From contig CAZALK010000001.1 of assembly GCA_964486045.1 (NCBI GenBank), positions 32,001 to 96,000 on the forward strand: DNA of 64,000 bases. The letters are read 5' to 3'. A program made the position numbers and the translations under genes. Shown here piece after piece: positions 31,731 to 42,495 of the stretch. The notes below the pieces were generated by a model. It worked only from the letters and a program-made list of their open reading frames with translations. It was not told the DNA's origin and did no database searches. The number at the start of each line of letters is the position of its first letter. Position 1 is the first letter of the stretch. The DNA is from an uncultured archaeon (GTDB taxonomy: Archaea > Asgardarchaeota > Lokiarchaeia > Sigyniarchaeales > SOKP01).

Positions 31731-33170
31731 ATGAAAGAAGAAAATTTACTCTTTACTCCAAGTGGAATTCGAGGTAGAGTTGGAAGAGACTTTAATCCCA
31801 AGATTGTTAAGAAAATTGCAATAGCATTTGGTTTATGGTTTAATGGCAAAGATAAAAGAATTATAATTGGTAGAGATACTCGACCAAGTGGGAAAGAATT
31901 TGAAAAAGTAGTTATTGATGGATTAATTGAATCTGGATTTAAAATAATTAATGCAGGAATTTGTCCAACTCCTGTTATAATTCATGCTAAAAATAGACTT
32001 TGTATTCCAAGCGGTATTATCATTACTGGATCTCACAACTCTCAGGAATGGAATGGCTTAAAATTACTTTCTATAGGAAATTTTCTAGATACATCTGAAA
32101 TGGGATATATTAAGAGCAAATTAAACACAATTAATTTAAAATCATTTTCTTTTAGGAAAAAAAAAGTGCATGAGCATGTAAAAAATTTGGATCCGTATAC
32201 GCATTATGCTCAAGATATTTTCAAGCACATTGATCTTGAAGATATTTCCAACAGAAATAAGCTCAAAGTAGTGGTTGATACTGGAGCTGGAGCAGGTAAG
32301 TTTGTGACTCCTCAAATATTAAAAAAAATGGGCTGCGAAGTTCGATTGATTAATAATAAATTAATTGTTAAAAGCGAATTTCCTCGGGGAATTGAACCGA
32401 AAGAAACAAATCTTAGAGATTTAATAATGGAAGTATGGCAATGTAAGTATGATTTAGGATTTGCTCACGACTCAGATGCTGATAGATTATCTATTATTGG
32501 GGATGATGGTGCTTATTATCCGGGAGATATTGGTTTGTCACTCATTGCAGAAGACTATCTAAAAAACTATTCTAATTCAAATAGAGAGATTATAATTGTT
32601 ACAGATCTAGCTTCTTCCTTACGATTTGAAGCATTAGCAAAAAAATATAGTGCGACAGTAATTAGAACATCAATAGGTGAGAGGTATTTAACCGCAAAAA
32701 TGAATATGCTGATGAAAGAAAAGAGAAATGAATCCGGGAATCTATTGGTTTTTGGGGGAGAAGGTTCAGGTGGGGGATTCATGTATCCTTATTTTAATAA
32801 AACCAGAGATGGTATTTTTGCAGCAGCAAAAATTATTGAAATATTAGTAGAATCAGGAAAAAAAATCTCAGATCTAGTTTCTCTCCTTCCTAAATATTAT
32901 TCCCATAGAAAAAACATAGATGTCAAAAATAAGGATATTAAGTTAATAATCGAATTAGTAAAAAAAGAATTGACTGATGAAGGTGAATATGTGGAGCAAA
33001 TTGATCACGATCTCAGGTGGGGAAAGGAAAATGAATGGTTTATTTTAGTTCACCCTTCAAACACAGAGCCTATAATTAGAGTTGTTAGTGAAGCTAAAAG
33101 AGCATCACTGGCAAGAGTATATTGTGAAGTTACAACCGAACTAATTAGACTATTGATTAATAGAATATAA
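31731..33170 (+). CDS. Alpha-D-phosphohexomutase (PGM/PMM/GlmM family)
   Basis: SGIRG, GRDTR, TGSHN phosphoserine loop, DSDADR metal loop, PSNTEP. Confidence 0.93.
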   Translation: MKEENLLFTPSGIRGRVGRDFNPKIVKKIAIAFGLWFNGKDKRIIIGRDTRPSGKEFEKVVIDGLIESGFKIINAGICPTPVIIHAKNRLCIPSGIIITGSHNSQEWNGLKLLSIGNFLDTSEMGYIKSKLNTINLKSFSFRKKKVHEHVKNLDPYTHYAQDIFKHIDLEDISNRNKLKVVVDTGAGAGKFVTPQILKKMGCEVRLINNKLIVKSEFPRGIEPKETNLRDLIMEVWQCKYDLGFAHDSDADRLSIIGDDGAYYPGDIGLSLIAEDYLKNYSNSNREIIIVTDLASSLRFEALAKKYSATVIRTSIGERYLTAKMNMLMKEKRNESGNLLVFGGEGSGGGFMYPYFNKTRDGIFAAAKIIEILVESGKKISDLVSLLPKYYSHRKNIDVKNKDIKLIIELVKKELTDEGEYVEQIDHDLRWGKENEWFILVHPSNTEPIIRVVSEAKRASLARVYCEVTTELIRLLINRI

Positions 33171-33664
33171 TTTTGTTTTAGTTCTTTAAAGGTTAACTAC
33201 TGAATTTTAACCCATCCTTTTCCCATTTATCTCATTAAATCTACTACCTCAATAAGATTTAAATATTAATATTTCATATATATTCTTTAAACATATTTGT
33301 TGAATATATCATGGTAATTAAAGATCATAAACGGAATGCATTGGTCGGTGGAGATACACTAATCTGTACTCCGTTTATAGGTAATTCAATGGCCATGACA
33401 TTAATGTATATGCATTTCTAAGTATATATTAATAATACTTTATCCTAATCGATACACGAATATCAACAAATACTACATTTAACTCTTAGTATTTTCTGCG
33501 TTGTTTACAAAATGATTTAGATTTTTTATCTAAATTCCTGTTTCTCATAATACATCTACACTTAAGACTCTTGGGCTTGGTCCGATTTCAAGTTAGGATA
33601 AATAAATATGTTTTATCTTTAAAAAATAGTTTATATAAAAAAATTTAAAAATTTAAAAATTGAG

Positions 33665-33886
33665 GTGAAAAATTTGTTAGAAATAAAGGAATTGGCAGAA
33701 GAAAGAGGAGATTTTTGGCTAGAAAAAGCAGAACAAGAACCGATTGAAAAGTTGCTCAAGCTCAAAGGATATAAATTACGTGAGCTAAGAATAAAGGAAC
33801 TCTACAATCTTAGATACAGAGAAGAAAAGGAAGGATACTTAAGAAAACTGGAAGCGAAGAAAGCCTGTTTAAATCTTCTTAATTAA
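33665..33886 (+). CDS. Small charged hypothetical protein
   Basis: 73-aa ORF; SD-like GAGGTG overlapping the GTG suggests the true start is TTG 33674. Confidence 0.5.
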   Translation: MKNLLEIKELAEERGDFWLEKAEQEPIEKLLKLKGYKLRELRIKELYNLRYREEKEGYLRKLEAKKACLNLLN

Positions 33887-34100
33887 TGCTGATATGTATA
33901 ATACATTCCAGGAAAGATAAAAATGAACGTAAATCAAAATATGAAAGATGATGCGTTAAAAAATTTATAATTAAACAATTTTTTTAAGTTCTATTCTAAT
34001 TAATTGAATCCCTTTAATAATTAAAAGAACAGCCTTTATAAGCTCAAGAACGGGAAATATTAAGGAGATTGAGTTTTAAATTTCACGTTTAAATATTTTT

Positions 34101-35990
34101 TTACATATCTAATCCCTTAAAAATTGCAGTTGCTATTTTTTTTCCGACTACTTGCGAGATTTCATTCAAAGCAGCTTTCTTTATGTTATCTACACTCCCA
34201 AAATGATTGAGTAATTTATTTCTTGAAATTGATCCTACTCCTTCAATATCATCTAATAATGAGCCAATCAATCGTCTCTTTCTCTGCTTCTTATGTAATC
34301 TAACAGCAAAGCGATGGGCTTCATCCCGAACTCTTTGAAATAGCTTTAAAAGATATGAGTTTTTTGGAAGTGAAATAGGTTCTTTTTGATCAGGAAGATA
34401 TATTTCTTCGTATTTTTTTGCTAGACCGATAATAGGAATTTCAAGACCTAATTCTTGTAGGACAGAAATGCCTGCATTTAATTGGCCTTTTCCCCCATCA
34501 ACTAATATTAAATCGGGAAGTTCTAAATTCCGTTTTAAAATCATGTTATATCTTCTTTTTATCACTTCTCTCATCATCGCTACATCATCGGGGGTTGATT
34601 TAGTTTTAATTTTAAAATGTCTGTAATTTTTATTGTATGGTTTGCCTTCTAAAAAATAGACCATTGAGCCTGTTGCATCTGTACCTTCAATATTTGATAT
34701 ATCAAAGCCTTCAATAATTCTAGGTTCTATTGGTAGGTTCAATAATGCTTTGGCTTCCTTTAAAGCTTCTTCTCGGAAGTCTTTCTCATCCATTCTAATC
34801 TGTTCAATCTCCGCTTGTTGTTGAACCATAACTTGAGCATTCTTATCGGCGATTCGTAATAGGCTGACCTCGTAGTCATCCTTCGGCACCCGAACTTGTA
34901 TCTCAGCCTTTAAATCTTCAAGATAATTAATTAAAATGTCAAACTTTTCATTTAATTCATTTACTATTATCGTATCTGGCAAATTAGTTTTAAAACCTTG
35001 ATAATATTGTTCTAAAATAGAGGAAAATATCTCGTCTTTGTAAACAAGCTTTTCCCTTAAATCGAAGTTAAAAGAATTTTTTTTGATTATTCTCCCTTCC
35101 CGAATATGGATTATAACCAACGTAATAAAGTTATCTTCAGCAAATTTTCCAATTATATCCTTATTAGTTTCTTGATCTAAAAAAACATGCTGTGGGTCTG
35201 TTGCATGATTAATATCATTCAGTTTATCTCTCCAAATGGCTGCCAGCTCGAAATTTTGTTCTAAAGCAGCCTTCCCCATTTTTTCCTCGATTTGTTTTTT
35301 TAAAACACTCGTTTCTCCTTTTAAAAACAATTCAATTTTTTTAACATTTTCCCTATATTCTTCTCTTGTTATATCAGAGAAACATGGACCAGGGCAAAGT
35401 TTTAATTGGTAGTATAAGCAAGGTCTTCTTTTTTTTCTAACCGGTTTTTTACATGAGCAATAAGGAAATATTCTTCTTAAATCTCTTAAAATTCTAATTA
35501 TCTCCTTTTTATCAGTATAAGGACCTAAAAACACATTTGTTTGTGTGTATTTATGAGGATTTCTGAGAACGCGGATACGTGGAAAATCTTCAGAGTAAAA
35601 AATCGCAACCCAAGGATAAGATTTAGAATCCCTCATGATCACGTTATACCGAGGTAAATGTTTCTTAATTTGAATGTTTTCTAAGAGAAATGCTTCCTTT
35701 TCATTTTCAGTGACGATGTATTCAATGTCCTGAATTTTCTTAACTAATTCTTTTATCTTTTCTTCATAGTAAGGATCAGTATAGCTAGTTTTTAAAAAAT
35801 ATTGATTCACTCTTTTTCTTAGATTCAGTGCTTTTCCTATATATATAATAGTTCCAGCTCTATCTTTAAACAAATATACCCCAGGTTCGTTGGGTAAGCT
35901 TTTTCTAAGAAGGTCTAAGTTTTTCATTGGTAATTTATTTGTATAAGGGTTTGGGTAATAATAATTAATTAAATCTTTTATTCTTATCAA
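34101..35990 (-). CDS. uvrC: Excinuclease ABC subunit C (start probably ATG near 35927)
   Basis: PGVYLF..IYIGKA GIY-YIG domain, Cys cluster, UVR domain, IEGFDISN, DGGKGQ, RDEAHRFA, HhH. Confidence 0.97.
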   Translation of the reverse strand: MIRIKDLINYYYPNPYTNKLPMKNLDLLRKSLPNEPGVYLFKDRAGTIIYIGKALNLRKRVNQYFLKTSYTDPYYEEKIKELVKKIQDIEYIVTENEKEAFLLENIQIKKHLPRYNVIMRDSKSYPWVAIFYSEDFPRIRVLRNPHKYTQTNVFLGPYTDKKEIIRILRDLRRIFPYCSCKKPVRKKRRPCLYYQLKLCPGPCFSDITREEYRENVKKIELFLKGETSVLKKQIEEKMGKAALEQNFELAAIWRDKLNDINHATDPQHVFLDQETNKDIIGKFAEDNFITLVIIHIREGRIIKKNSFNFDLREKLVYKDEIFSSILEQYYQGFKTNLPDTIIVNELNEKFDILINYLEDLKAEIQVRVPKDDYEVSLLRIADKNAQVMVQQQAEIEQIRMDEKDFREEALKEAKALLNLPIEPRIIEGFDISNIEGTDATGSMVYFLEGKPYNKNYRHFKIKTKSTPDDVAMMREVIKRRYNMILKRNLELPDLILVDGGKGQLNAGISVLQELGLEIPIIGLAKKYEEIYLPDQKEPISLPKNSYLLKLFQRVRDEAHRFAVRLHKKQRKRRLIGSLLDDIEGVGSISRNKLLNHFGSVDNIKKAALNEISQVVGKKIATAIFKGLDM

Positions 35991-36151
35991 TTAATAATTA
36001 AACTATTTTGATTAATAGGGGAATCTAAAAGATAATTAAAATTTTGCTTTATCTTTGTTAATAAATAATTTCAAATTTAAAGCTGTATATTAATATCAGA
36101 GATGTCAATTTTTAATTATTACGTATTAATAATAAAAATGTAAGCATTAGA

Positions 36152-36346
36152 ATGGTTAATATAAGAATTTGTCCAAAATGCAAACAACCGAAATTAAAAA
36201 GTGCTGTAAATGTCTCGGGATGGTTAGCACCTAACATGTTTGAATGTACCAATTGTGGCTATTTGGGACATTTTTACATTGAGATCGATTCTGAGGATTT
36301 TATGTTAGATCAAGAAAAATCTGCAAATGATAATTCAGAATCATAA
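36152..36346 (+). CDS. Small zinc-ribbon protein
   Basis: CPKC...GWL...CTNCGY. Confidence 0.8.
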   Translation: MVNIRICPKCKQPKLKSAVNVSGWLAPNMFECTNCGYLGHFYIEIDSEDFMLDQEKSANDNSES

Positions 36347-36406
36347 AAATATCAAACTTTATAGATATATTTTGATAATCATTAAAAAAAAATTTCCTGA
36401 TAAAAT

Positions 36407-37342
36407 ATGGAACAATTGTTAAAAGACGCAGAAAAAATCAAGTCTTTAGAAATACAAGGTGCTACTAATGTAGCACTTAATGCAATTCAATTTTTAAGTG
36501 AATATGCGAAAAGATTAAAATCTGATAACCTTGAAACGTGTTTTAATAATCTCTACAAAGCTAGGGGTATTTTAATTGAAACTAGACCAACTGAACCCGC
36601 GATGAAAAATGGCTTGAATTATATCATGAAAAAATTAGAAAAAGAAAAAGAAAATTGCTATCCAGAATTTATTTCTGATGTAATTGAAAAGTACAAGAAT
36701 GAGTATTATGATTTGTTGCAAAACTCAAAGAAAAGAATTGCAAAAATAGGAGCCCGTCGTATTCCTTCCGCAAATAGAAAATTCATGGTAATGACACATT
36801 GTCATTCAAGTTTAGTCACAGCTATTCTTTTAGAAGCCAAAAAACAAAATAAAAATTTCAAAGTTATAAATACAGAAACACAACCTAGATTGCAAGGAAG
36901 GAAAACCGCAGAGGAACTACTCAAGGCAGATATAGAAGTAATTCATGTTATTGACAGCGCTATGAGGTGGGCTGTAAGGCATTTTGATGTAGATCTGATA
37001 ATAATAGGAGCGGACAGTATTACAAGTGAAGGAACAATTATTAATAAAATCGGATCAAGATTGCTAGCATTAGTAGCTCATGAAGAACACGTTCCTTTTT
37101 ATGTTGCATCTCCATTACTAAAATATAATCCAGAAACAAATCTTGGAATTTTGGAAATCATTGAAATGAGGGATTCAAGTGAAGTTTGGGAAAATCCTCC
37201 TAAAGGGATTGAAGTTTTAAATCCTGCATTTGAAACTGTGTCTCGACGATATATAGATGGGTTAATTACAGAAGCGGGAATATTTGCTTCGAGTCATGTA
37301 CCAAATTATTTTATGAAATGGTATCCCGAAATGGTACAATAA
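36407..37342 (+). CDS. Ribose-1,5-bisphosphate isomerase (eIF2B-like family)
   Basis: IQGAT, TRPTEPAM, THCHS, GADSI, NKIGS, NPAFE; next to RuBisCO. Confidence 0.9.
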   Translation: MEQLLKDAEKIKSLEIQGATNVALNAIQFLSEYAKRLKSDNLETCFNNLYKARGILIETRPTEPAMKNGLNYIMKKLEKEKENCYPEFISDVIEKYKNEYYDLLQNSKKRIAKIGARRIPSANRKFMVMTHCHSSLVTAILLEAKKQNKNFKVINTETQPRLQGRKTAEELLKADIEVIHVIDSAMRWAVRHFDVDLIIIGADSITSEGTIINKIGSRLLALVAHEEHVPFYVASPLLKYNPETNLGILEIIEMRDSSEVWENPPKGIEVLNPAFETVSRRYIDGLITEAGIFASSHVPNYFMKWYPEMVQ

Positions 37343-37356
37343 CTACTCAATTGAAT

Positions 37357-38643
37357 TTAACCCCACTTCTCAATGGCTCTAGCTAATTCCGTATGATTTT
37401 TGGCATAATCTTTTAAATCACGATTTTCTAAAGCCGCGTTAATAGCTTGTCTTATAGCTCTAGCTCCAGCTTCAGTGCCATCTGGGTGTCCATGACAACC
37501 TCCTCCGAATTGATACACCATATCTTTACCTAATATTTCTATTAGCTCTAGAGCATCTAGAGGGCTCAAACCACCTGAAGCGACGGGTAATGTAGGTTTA
37601 ATATTATACCAATCTTGATCAAGGATTGACAAATTATTACTTACAATTTTTTGTTCTGTTATTACCTTGTTAATTTCTAGGACTTCTTGTCTACCTCCTT
37701 CCATTTTGCCTACAACCGTTCCTGTGTGAAGTTGATCCATTCCAATTAATCTCATAAGTTTAGCTAAAACTAGCATTGTCATTCCATGTTTTTTACTACG
37801 GGTAAATGCAGCATGCATTGCCCTATGAGCATGGATTATTACTTCTTTGTTATCAAGATAATCTCTAATTTCTTGTAAAGCAGAGAATCCGACTGTAACA
37901 ATATCCACCATAACATATTCCCCACCATTATCAATTACGAAATCAGCTCTTTTTTTCATAGTAGTAAGGGGTGCTGTTATATTAGGCATATAAATTTTCT
38001 TTTCCCCAGTTTCATTTTCAACTTTATCTCGAATTATTAATGTTTCAATGACTCTTTTCTCAAATTTATTAAAGGTCATATTAGTTAAATTTTCGTCATC
38101 TTTTACTATATCCAATCCACCCCTCCAAGCTTCACCACACACTTTTGCATGTTCTAGTTCATTCAACCCAACTTTAGGTTTTACGATTGTTCCTAACAGG
38201 GGGCGATTGTTAACTTTGGTCAATTTTCTTATCCCCATAATTCCATAATTTGGTCCCTTATATTTTTCTACAATTTTTTTAGGAAAACTGATGTCTAATA
38301 GTCTTAGATGTTTTAGTACTTTCATGCCAAATATATTTCCAGCTATAGCACTTAAGATTTGTGGTAAATTTTCTGCTTCGAAGAGTTCTTTTGTATAAGC
38401 AATTTTAACTATATTGCGTTCGGGATCAATATAAAATGCAGAAGGTTTTAGTTTTTCAGTGATATCAGCCGATAGTGTTGCAATTTCGGTCCAAGTGCCT
38501 ATGGAGCTTTCTTTTGCAATTTCATTACATGCTTGTTCTAAATCCTTGCAATTAGGTGATAATTCAACATAATACATAGCAATTAGGTCATTATCATTCG
38601 GTTTATATTGTAAATTAACATAATTTACCAATTTATCCACCAT
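37357..38643 (-). CDS. rbcL: Form III ribulose-1,5-bisphosphate carboxylase
   Basis: ESSIGTW, GTIVKPKVG, catalytic KDDE, HAHRAMH, loop-6 GKMEG, SGG, QFGGG. Confidence 0.96.
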   Translation of the reverse strand: MVDKLVNYVNLQYKPNDNDLIAMYYVELSPNCKDLEQACNEIAKESSIGTWTEIATLSADITEKLKPSAFYIDPERNIVKIAYTKELFEAENLPQILSAIAGNIFGMKVLKHLRLLDISFPKKIVEKYKGPNYGIMGIRKLTKVNNRPLLGTIVKPKVGLNELEHAKVCGEAWRGGLDIVKDDENLTNMTFNKFEKRVIETLIIRDKVENETGEKKIYMPNITAPLTTMKKRADFVIDNGGEYVMVDIVTVGFSALQEIRDYLDNKEVIIHAHRAMHAAFTRSKKHGMTMLVLAKLMRLIGMDQLHTGTVVGKMEGGRQEVLEINKVITEQKIVSNNLSILDQDWYNIKPTLPVASGGLSPLDALELIEILGKDMVYQFGGGCHGHPDGTEAGARAIRQAINAALENRDLKDYAKNHTELARAIEKWG

Positions 38644-38772
38644 TCTTGAAGCTAAATTTTAATTTTTGGGATACGCTCAAAATTTCATAAGAAAAAATTA
38701 GTTTAATGAATTATATTATTAAAATAATAAAAAATTTATAATATTTTTAATTACCCTATTCAGTGATTTATT

Positions 38773-39084
38773 ATGAGTGAAGGTGATAGCAAAACAATTA
38801 CAATTTTTGTAAAAGATTTAAGTTTTAAGAGCGACCAGCATGTAGTTGACTTAATTAGGTTTTTAGCTGAAGCGCTACCACAAATCAGTCTCGATCGTGA
38901 TGGAAATGAGCTTAAGGTTTTACTGCCAACACACCTATCGAGACGAGTTTTAAAGCTTAGGATTAAAAAATTCTTACATAAAAAAGGATTGTCTAAGGAT
39001 TTTAGACCCATTTCGTATAAATCGACTGATAGGGAAGGATATTCGATAGAAGAAAAGAAATTAATTGATTTGAGTTATTACTAA
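38773..39084 (+). CDS. rpl22e: Ribosomal protein eL22 (L22e) homologue
   Basis: SRRVLKLRIKKFLHKKGL..FRPIS resembles eL22 SKRYLKYLTKKYLKK..LRDWLRV; eL22 is a known Asgard signature protein. Confidence 0.8.
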   Translation: MSEGDSKTITIFVKDLSFKSDQHVVDLIRFLAEALPQISLDRDGNELKVLLPTHLSRRVLKLRIKKFLHKKGLSKDFRPISYKSTDREGYSIEEKKLIDLSYY

Positions 39085-39134
39085 TTCTATTTATTTCTCA
39101 AATTTATTATATAAATTGAATATTACATCTGGAT

Positions 39135-40109
39135 GTGGCAATGGAAAAACCCAACCTCAGTTTATCTATCAAATCTATTGATGATTTGACGAGATTCATT
39201 AATTTAGCTAGCCTTTTAGAACTATCGGGTTGGCCAAAACCAGGTAATGTACACCGTACGCGAGATTTTCACGATACCAAATTTGAACATTTTTTAGCGG
39301 GAATTGTAGCAATCCAACCAGACTTTAAGAGATTGTGTGAAAGAATCTTCGAGTCATCATATAACAACAAGAACGATTACAAATCTATAGGATTAGGTCT
39401 TTTTTACAAGAGTGCTGCTAAGGAAATGATGAAATGGCAAGATGGGGGTAATGTTCTACTTGGACACATTTTAATACTAGCTCCTCTCGCTGCAGCTGCT
39501 ACATTATGTTTAAGAGAAAACATGTTTAAATTTGTTAATTTTAGATATTTTTTACTAAAAGTAATTAATGAGTCAACGGTAGATGATACACTAAATTTAT
39601 ATGAAGCTATTAGATTTTGTAATCCCGGGGGATTAGGGAAAGTAGAAAAGTATGATATTAATAATATGAATTCGTTTAACGAGATTCGGACTGATAACGT
39701 TAATTTGAAAAAGATTTTTGAATTATCAAAAGAATATGATTTAATTAGTTCTGAATATTCAACAGGATTTAATATTATTTTGAACGAGGGATTACCGTAC
39801 TTCCTTAAAACTTTTAATCAACTTCATAATCCCAACATCACAATTGTAAACACCTATTTGAAAATACTTTCTGAACACCTTGATACCCTAATAATCAGGA
39901 AATCCGGTAGAGTTGCCGCTATCTATGTTAAAAAAGCTGCAATAACAATACTGCAACATGGAGGAATCTCATCTAAAAAAGGTTTAGAATTAGCTTTTAA
40001 ACTAGACAGTGAACTTCATGAGAAAAAAGGGAATCTAAATCCTGGGTCCACTGCTGATCTCCTTGCAGGAATAATATTTTGCGCTTTAATTTTTGGATTA
40101 AAAATATAG
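39135..40109 (+). CDS. citG: Triphosphoribosyl-dephospho-CoA synthase family (CitG)
   Basis: LE..PKPGNVH, DTLIIRKSG, NPGSTADL. Confidence 0.9.
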   Translation: MAMEKPNLSLSIKSIDDLTRFINLASLLELSGWPKPGNVHRTRDFHDTKFEHFLAGIVAIQPDFKRLCERIFESSYNNKNDYKSIGLGLFYKSAAKEMMKWQDGGNVLLGHILILAPLAAAATLCLRENMFKFVNFRYFLLKVINESTVDDTLNLYEAIRFCNPGGLGKVEKYDINNMNSFNEIRTDNVNLKKIFELSKEYDLISSEYSTGFNIILNEGLPYFLKTFNQLHNPNITIVNTYLKILSEHLDTLIIRKSGRVAAIYVKKAAITILQHGGISSKKGLELAFKLDSELHEKKGNLNPGSTADLLAGIIFCALIFGLKI

Positions 40110-40178
40110 ATTCTTAAAAACTATTTGGGATAATTAATTTATTTAAATTAAAATCAAATTTAAAAACATTAGACATTT

Positions 40179-40529
40179 ATGGAATACTGCGACGATTGTG
40201 GAGCCATGATGCTCCCTTCTAAATTAAATGGAAAAAATATTTTTAAGTGTAAATGTGGAGCTACAAAAGGTTTAACTGAAGAAAACTCTAGAGCTTATAA
40301 GTTAACAACAAAAATAGAGCATTCAGCAAGAGGAGAAGTTACTAATCTATCAGAATTCATGGCTTGGAAAGAAGAGAATCTAAGGAGTAGTATAAAGGAT
40401 TTCATATGTCCGAAATGCGGATATAATAAAGCACATTTAGAAACTCGTCAAACCAGAAGCGCTGATGAAGGGATGACCCATTTCATAACATGTTTAAAAT
40501 GCGGTAAAATGAAGAAAATTGGCAGTTAA
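40179..40529 (+). CDS. tfs: Transcription factor S
   Basis: Two Zn ribbons and the QTRSADEG acidic hairpin. Confidence 0.92.
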   Translation: MEYCDDCGAMMLPSKLNGKNIFKCKCGATKGLTEENSRAYKLTTKIEHSARGEVTNLSEFMAWKEENLRSSIKDFICPKCGYNKAHLETRQTRSADEGMTHFITCLKCGKMKKIGS

Positions 40530-40537
40530 TCCTTTTC

Positions 40538-40831
40538 TTAGATGAGTTTATCATAGATTTCTTGTTCTTGAGTGACTTTCGAGAAATTAATTTGAATTAC
40601 CTTATTTGAACTTTTTAATCCAGATATAATTTGAATCTGAGTTGAAGAGATCTCAAGTTTTTTCTTTATAAGATTTATTAATTCTATATTTGCTTTATTA
40701 TGTATTGCTTTAGATCGAACTAAAATTGTAAGAAATTCACCATTATCAATGATAGTTTGTTTTTTTGAGTTGGATTTAATTTTAACATGCACCACATATG
40801 AAAAATCCCTTATTTTTTTAAGAAATTTCAT
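40538..40831 (-). CDS. DUF167 (UPF0235) family protein
   Basis: KANIELI...IQIISGLKSSNK. Confidence 0.85.
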   Translation of the reverse strand: MKFLKKIRDFSYVVHVKIKSNSKKQTIIDNGEFLTILVRSKAIHNKANIELINLIKKKLEISSTQIQIISGLKSSNKVIQINFSKVTQEQEIYDKLI

Positions 40832-40862
40832 GTCAAAAATAGAAATCTATTCTTAGGATATA

Positions 40863-42242
40863 TTAAATAAAATCTTCAGAATTTTCTCTTAAACGATTAT
40901 ATGATGGTACAGATAACCTGATACCCCCAGCGAGTTTATGTCCCCCCCCTACACCTCCTAATTCTTTCTTTATTCTAGAAATAATATTATTTACACCATC
41001 ACCATTGCTATTTTCAAGATACTTCCTGGAACATCTGATGCTTAATTTGATTGTCCCTGATTTTTTTTCTAGACCACCTAGAAATAGAATTTTCTCAGGG
41101 TTAAAAAGTTCGTTAACAGCGCTGAAACTGGCTGTATCTGACCAATTACTGGGAGGAATTTTTCCTCTCACTTCCATAAAAACGGCTTTTTCTGTTTCAT
41201 GGCTGGGGGGAGCAGTTGAGATAGTTTTTAAATTATTCACAAGGTTGTTAATATATTCTGCATACAAATCCTTGGCATAACGAGTAATTGTCTTTGATTG
41301 TGTAATTGAGAGAGCTGCACTAATGTTTTTAAAACATAGGATATTAATTAAGAGTGCATGCTCAAAGGCAAATCTCAATAATCCTCCTTTTTGAGGTAGT
41401 AATGAATAATGGCCATAACTTTCGATATTTGCTTTTTTCTGAATTGTTTCGATTTGTTGATTATTTAAATCAACAAGTTTTATTTTTGGATCTATCTGTA
41501 TTGTTTGTAAAAATGATTTTATTTGTTGATCGGATGTCCCCCCAAAGTTCTTAACAAAGGGTAAAATGCTATATTTTAAGCCATTTTTAATGGATTCATG
41601 CATATTTCCGAATAAAATTAAACCTTCTTTATCTTCTATAAGATCTTCACTGACTAATTCTTCGTATACCTCTCGATTAAAGGATTGAAGCTTATCCATA
41701 GTCTTTAATGAATCACCTGCAATTCCTATTATCGTTAACCATCCTTGTTTCATTACGGAGCGTTTTATTTGCTTCGCAAACATGTAAGCAAGAGTTGCTC
41801 CAGAGATGTGTTCAAGCCCATCAAACCCATGAATAGTTGGATTTACAAAAAACAGATTTTCAGGTATTTCATCTCTTTCAATTACATTTTCTACCTCATG
41901 ATGATCAAGAATAAAGAATTTTTCCTTTCTATTTCTTATTATAGGAATTAACTCTGCTAAATTAGAACCTAAGTCAGTAAAAATGAAGGCTGTTTTTTCA
42001 CTCTGTCTTTTAGATAGAATTCCATTTAAATAATTTTCCCAAGAAACAGATCGATTATAAATAAAATAATCATAATCTAAATTTAGCTTATATAATAGAT
42101 TTTGGATAATGTGTAAGCAACTTATTCCATCAGCATCATTATGGGAAATGTTTATAACTCGAGTAAATGAGTGATCAATAAAATTATCGACTGCATGGTT
42201 AAAATCCTCTAAAAATTTAACTCTGTTTGGTTTCTTGGTCAT
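40863..42242 (-). CDS. DHH family phosphoesterase (archaeal RecJ/GAN-like)
   Basis: SHNDADG, TDLGS, LDHH, NP..G.DG...SGA, DHHA1 GGGH.LAGG. Confidence 0.9.
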   Translation of the reverse strand: MTKKPNRVKFLEDFNHAVDNFIDHSFTRVINISHNDADGISCLHIIQNLLYKLNLDYDYFIYNRSVSWENYLNGILSKRQSEKTAFIFTDLGSNLAELIPIIRNRKEKFFILDHHEVENVIERDEIPENLFFVNPTIHGFDGLEHISGATLAYMFAKQIKRSVMKQGWLTIIGIAGDSLKTMDKLQSFNREVYEELVSEDLIEDKEGLILFGNMHESIKNGLKYSILPFVKNFGGTSDQQIKSFLQTIQIDPKIKLVDLNNQQIETIQKKANIESYGHYSLLPQKGGLLRFAFEHALLINILCFKNISAALSITQSKTITRYAKDLYAEYINNLVNNLKTISTAPPSHETEKAVFMEVRGKIPPSNWSDTASFSAVNELFNPEKILFLGGLEKKSGTIKLSIRCSRKYLENSNGDGVNNIISRIKKELGGVGGGHKLAGGIRLSVPSYNRLRENSEDFI

Positions 42243-42495
42243 TTACATCAATTAATTATTAGGATACAAAGAGTTTTAAATTATTTATGTAAATTATTAG
42301 AATATCAAAAGTATATTCTATTTTTTTTTATTCGGAGTGAAATTTGATAAATTCCAAATAAATTCAATAATTATAAATATTCCTATTTAACATTGGTTTT
42401 TTGAAGAAATCAAGATAAAAGTTAAAATCTATAGAAAAATTATTTAATTTGTTTATATTTTCTGATTTTAAGATTTTAAAACTAAAAGTGCAACA

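Noticed and set aside
33311-33421. 36-codon ORF MVIKDHKRNALVGGDTLICTPF...
   Set aside because: Too short and no recognisable motif; may be debris.
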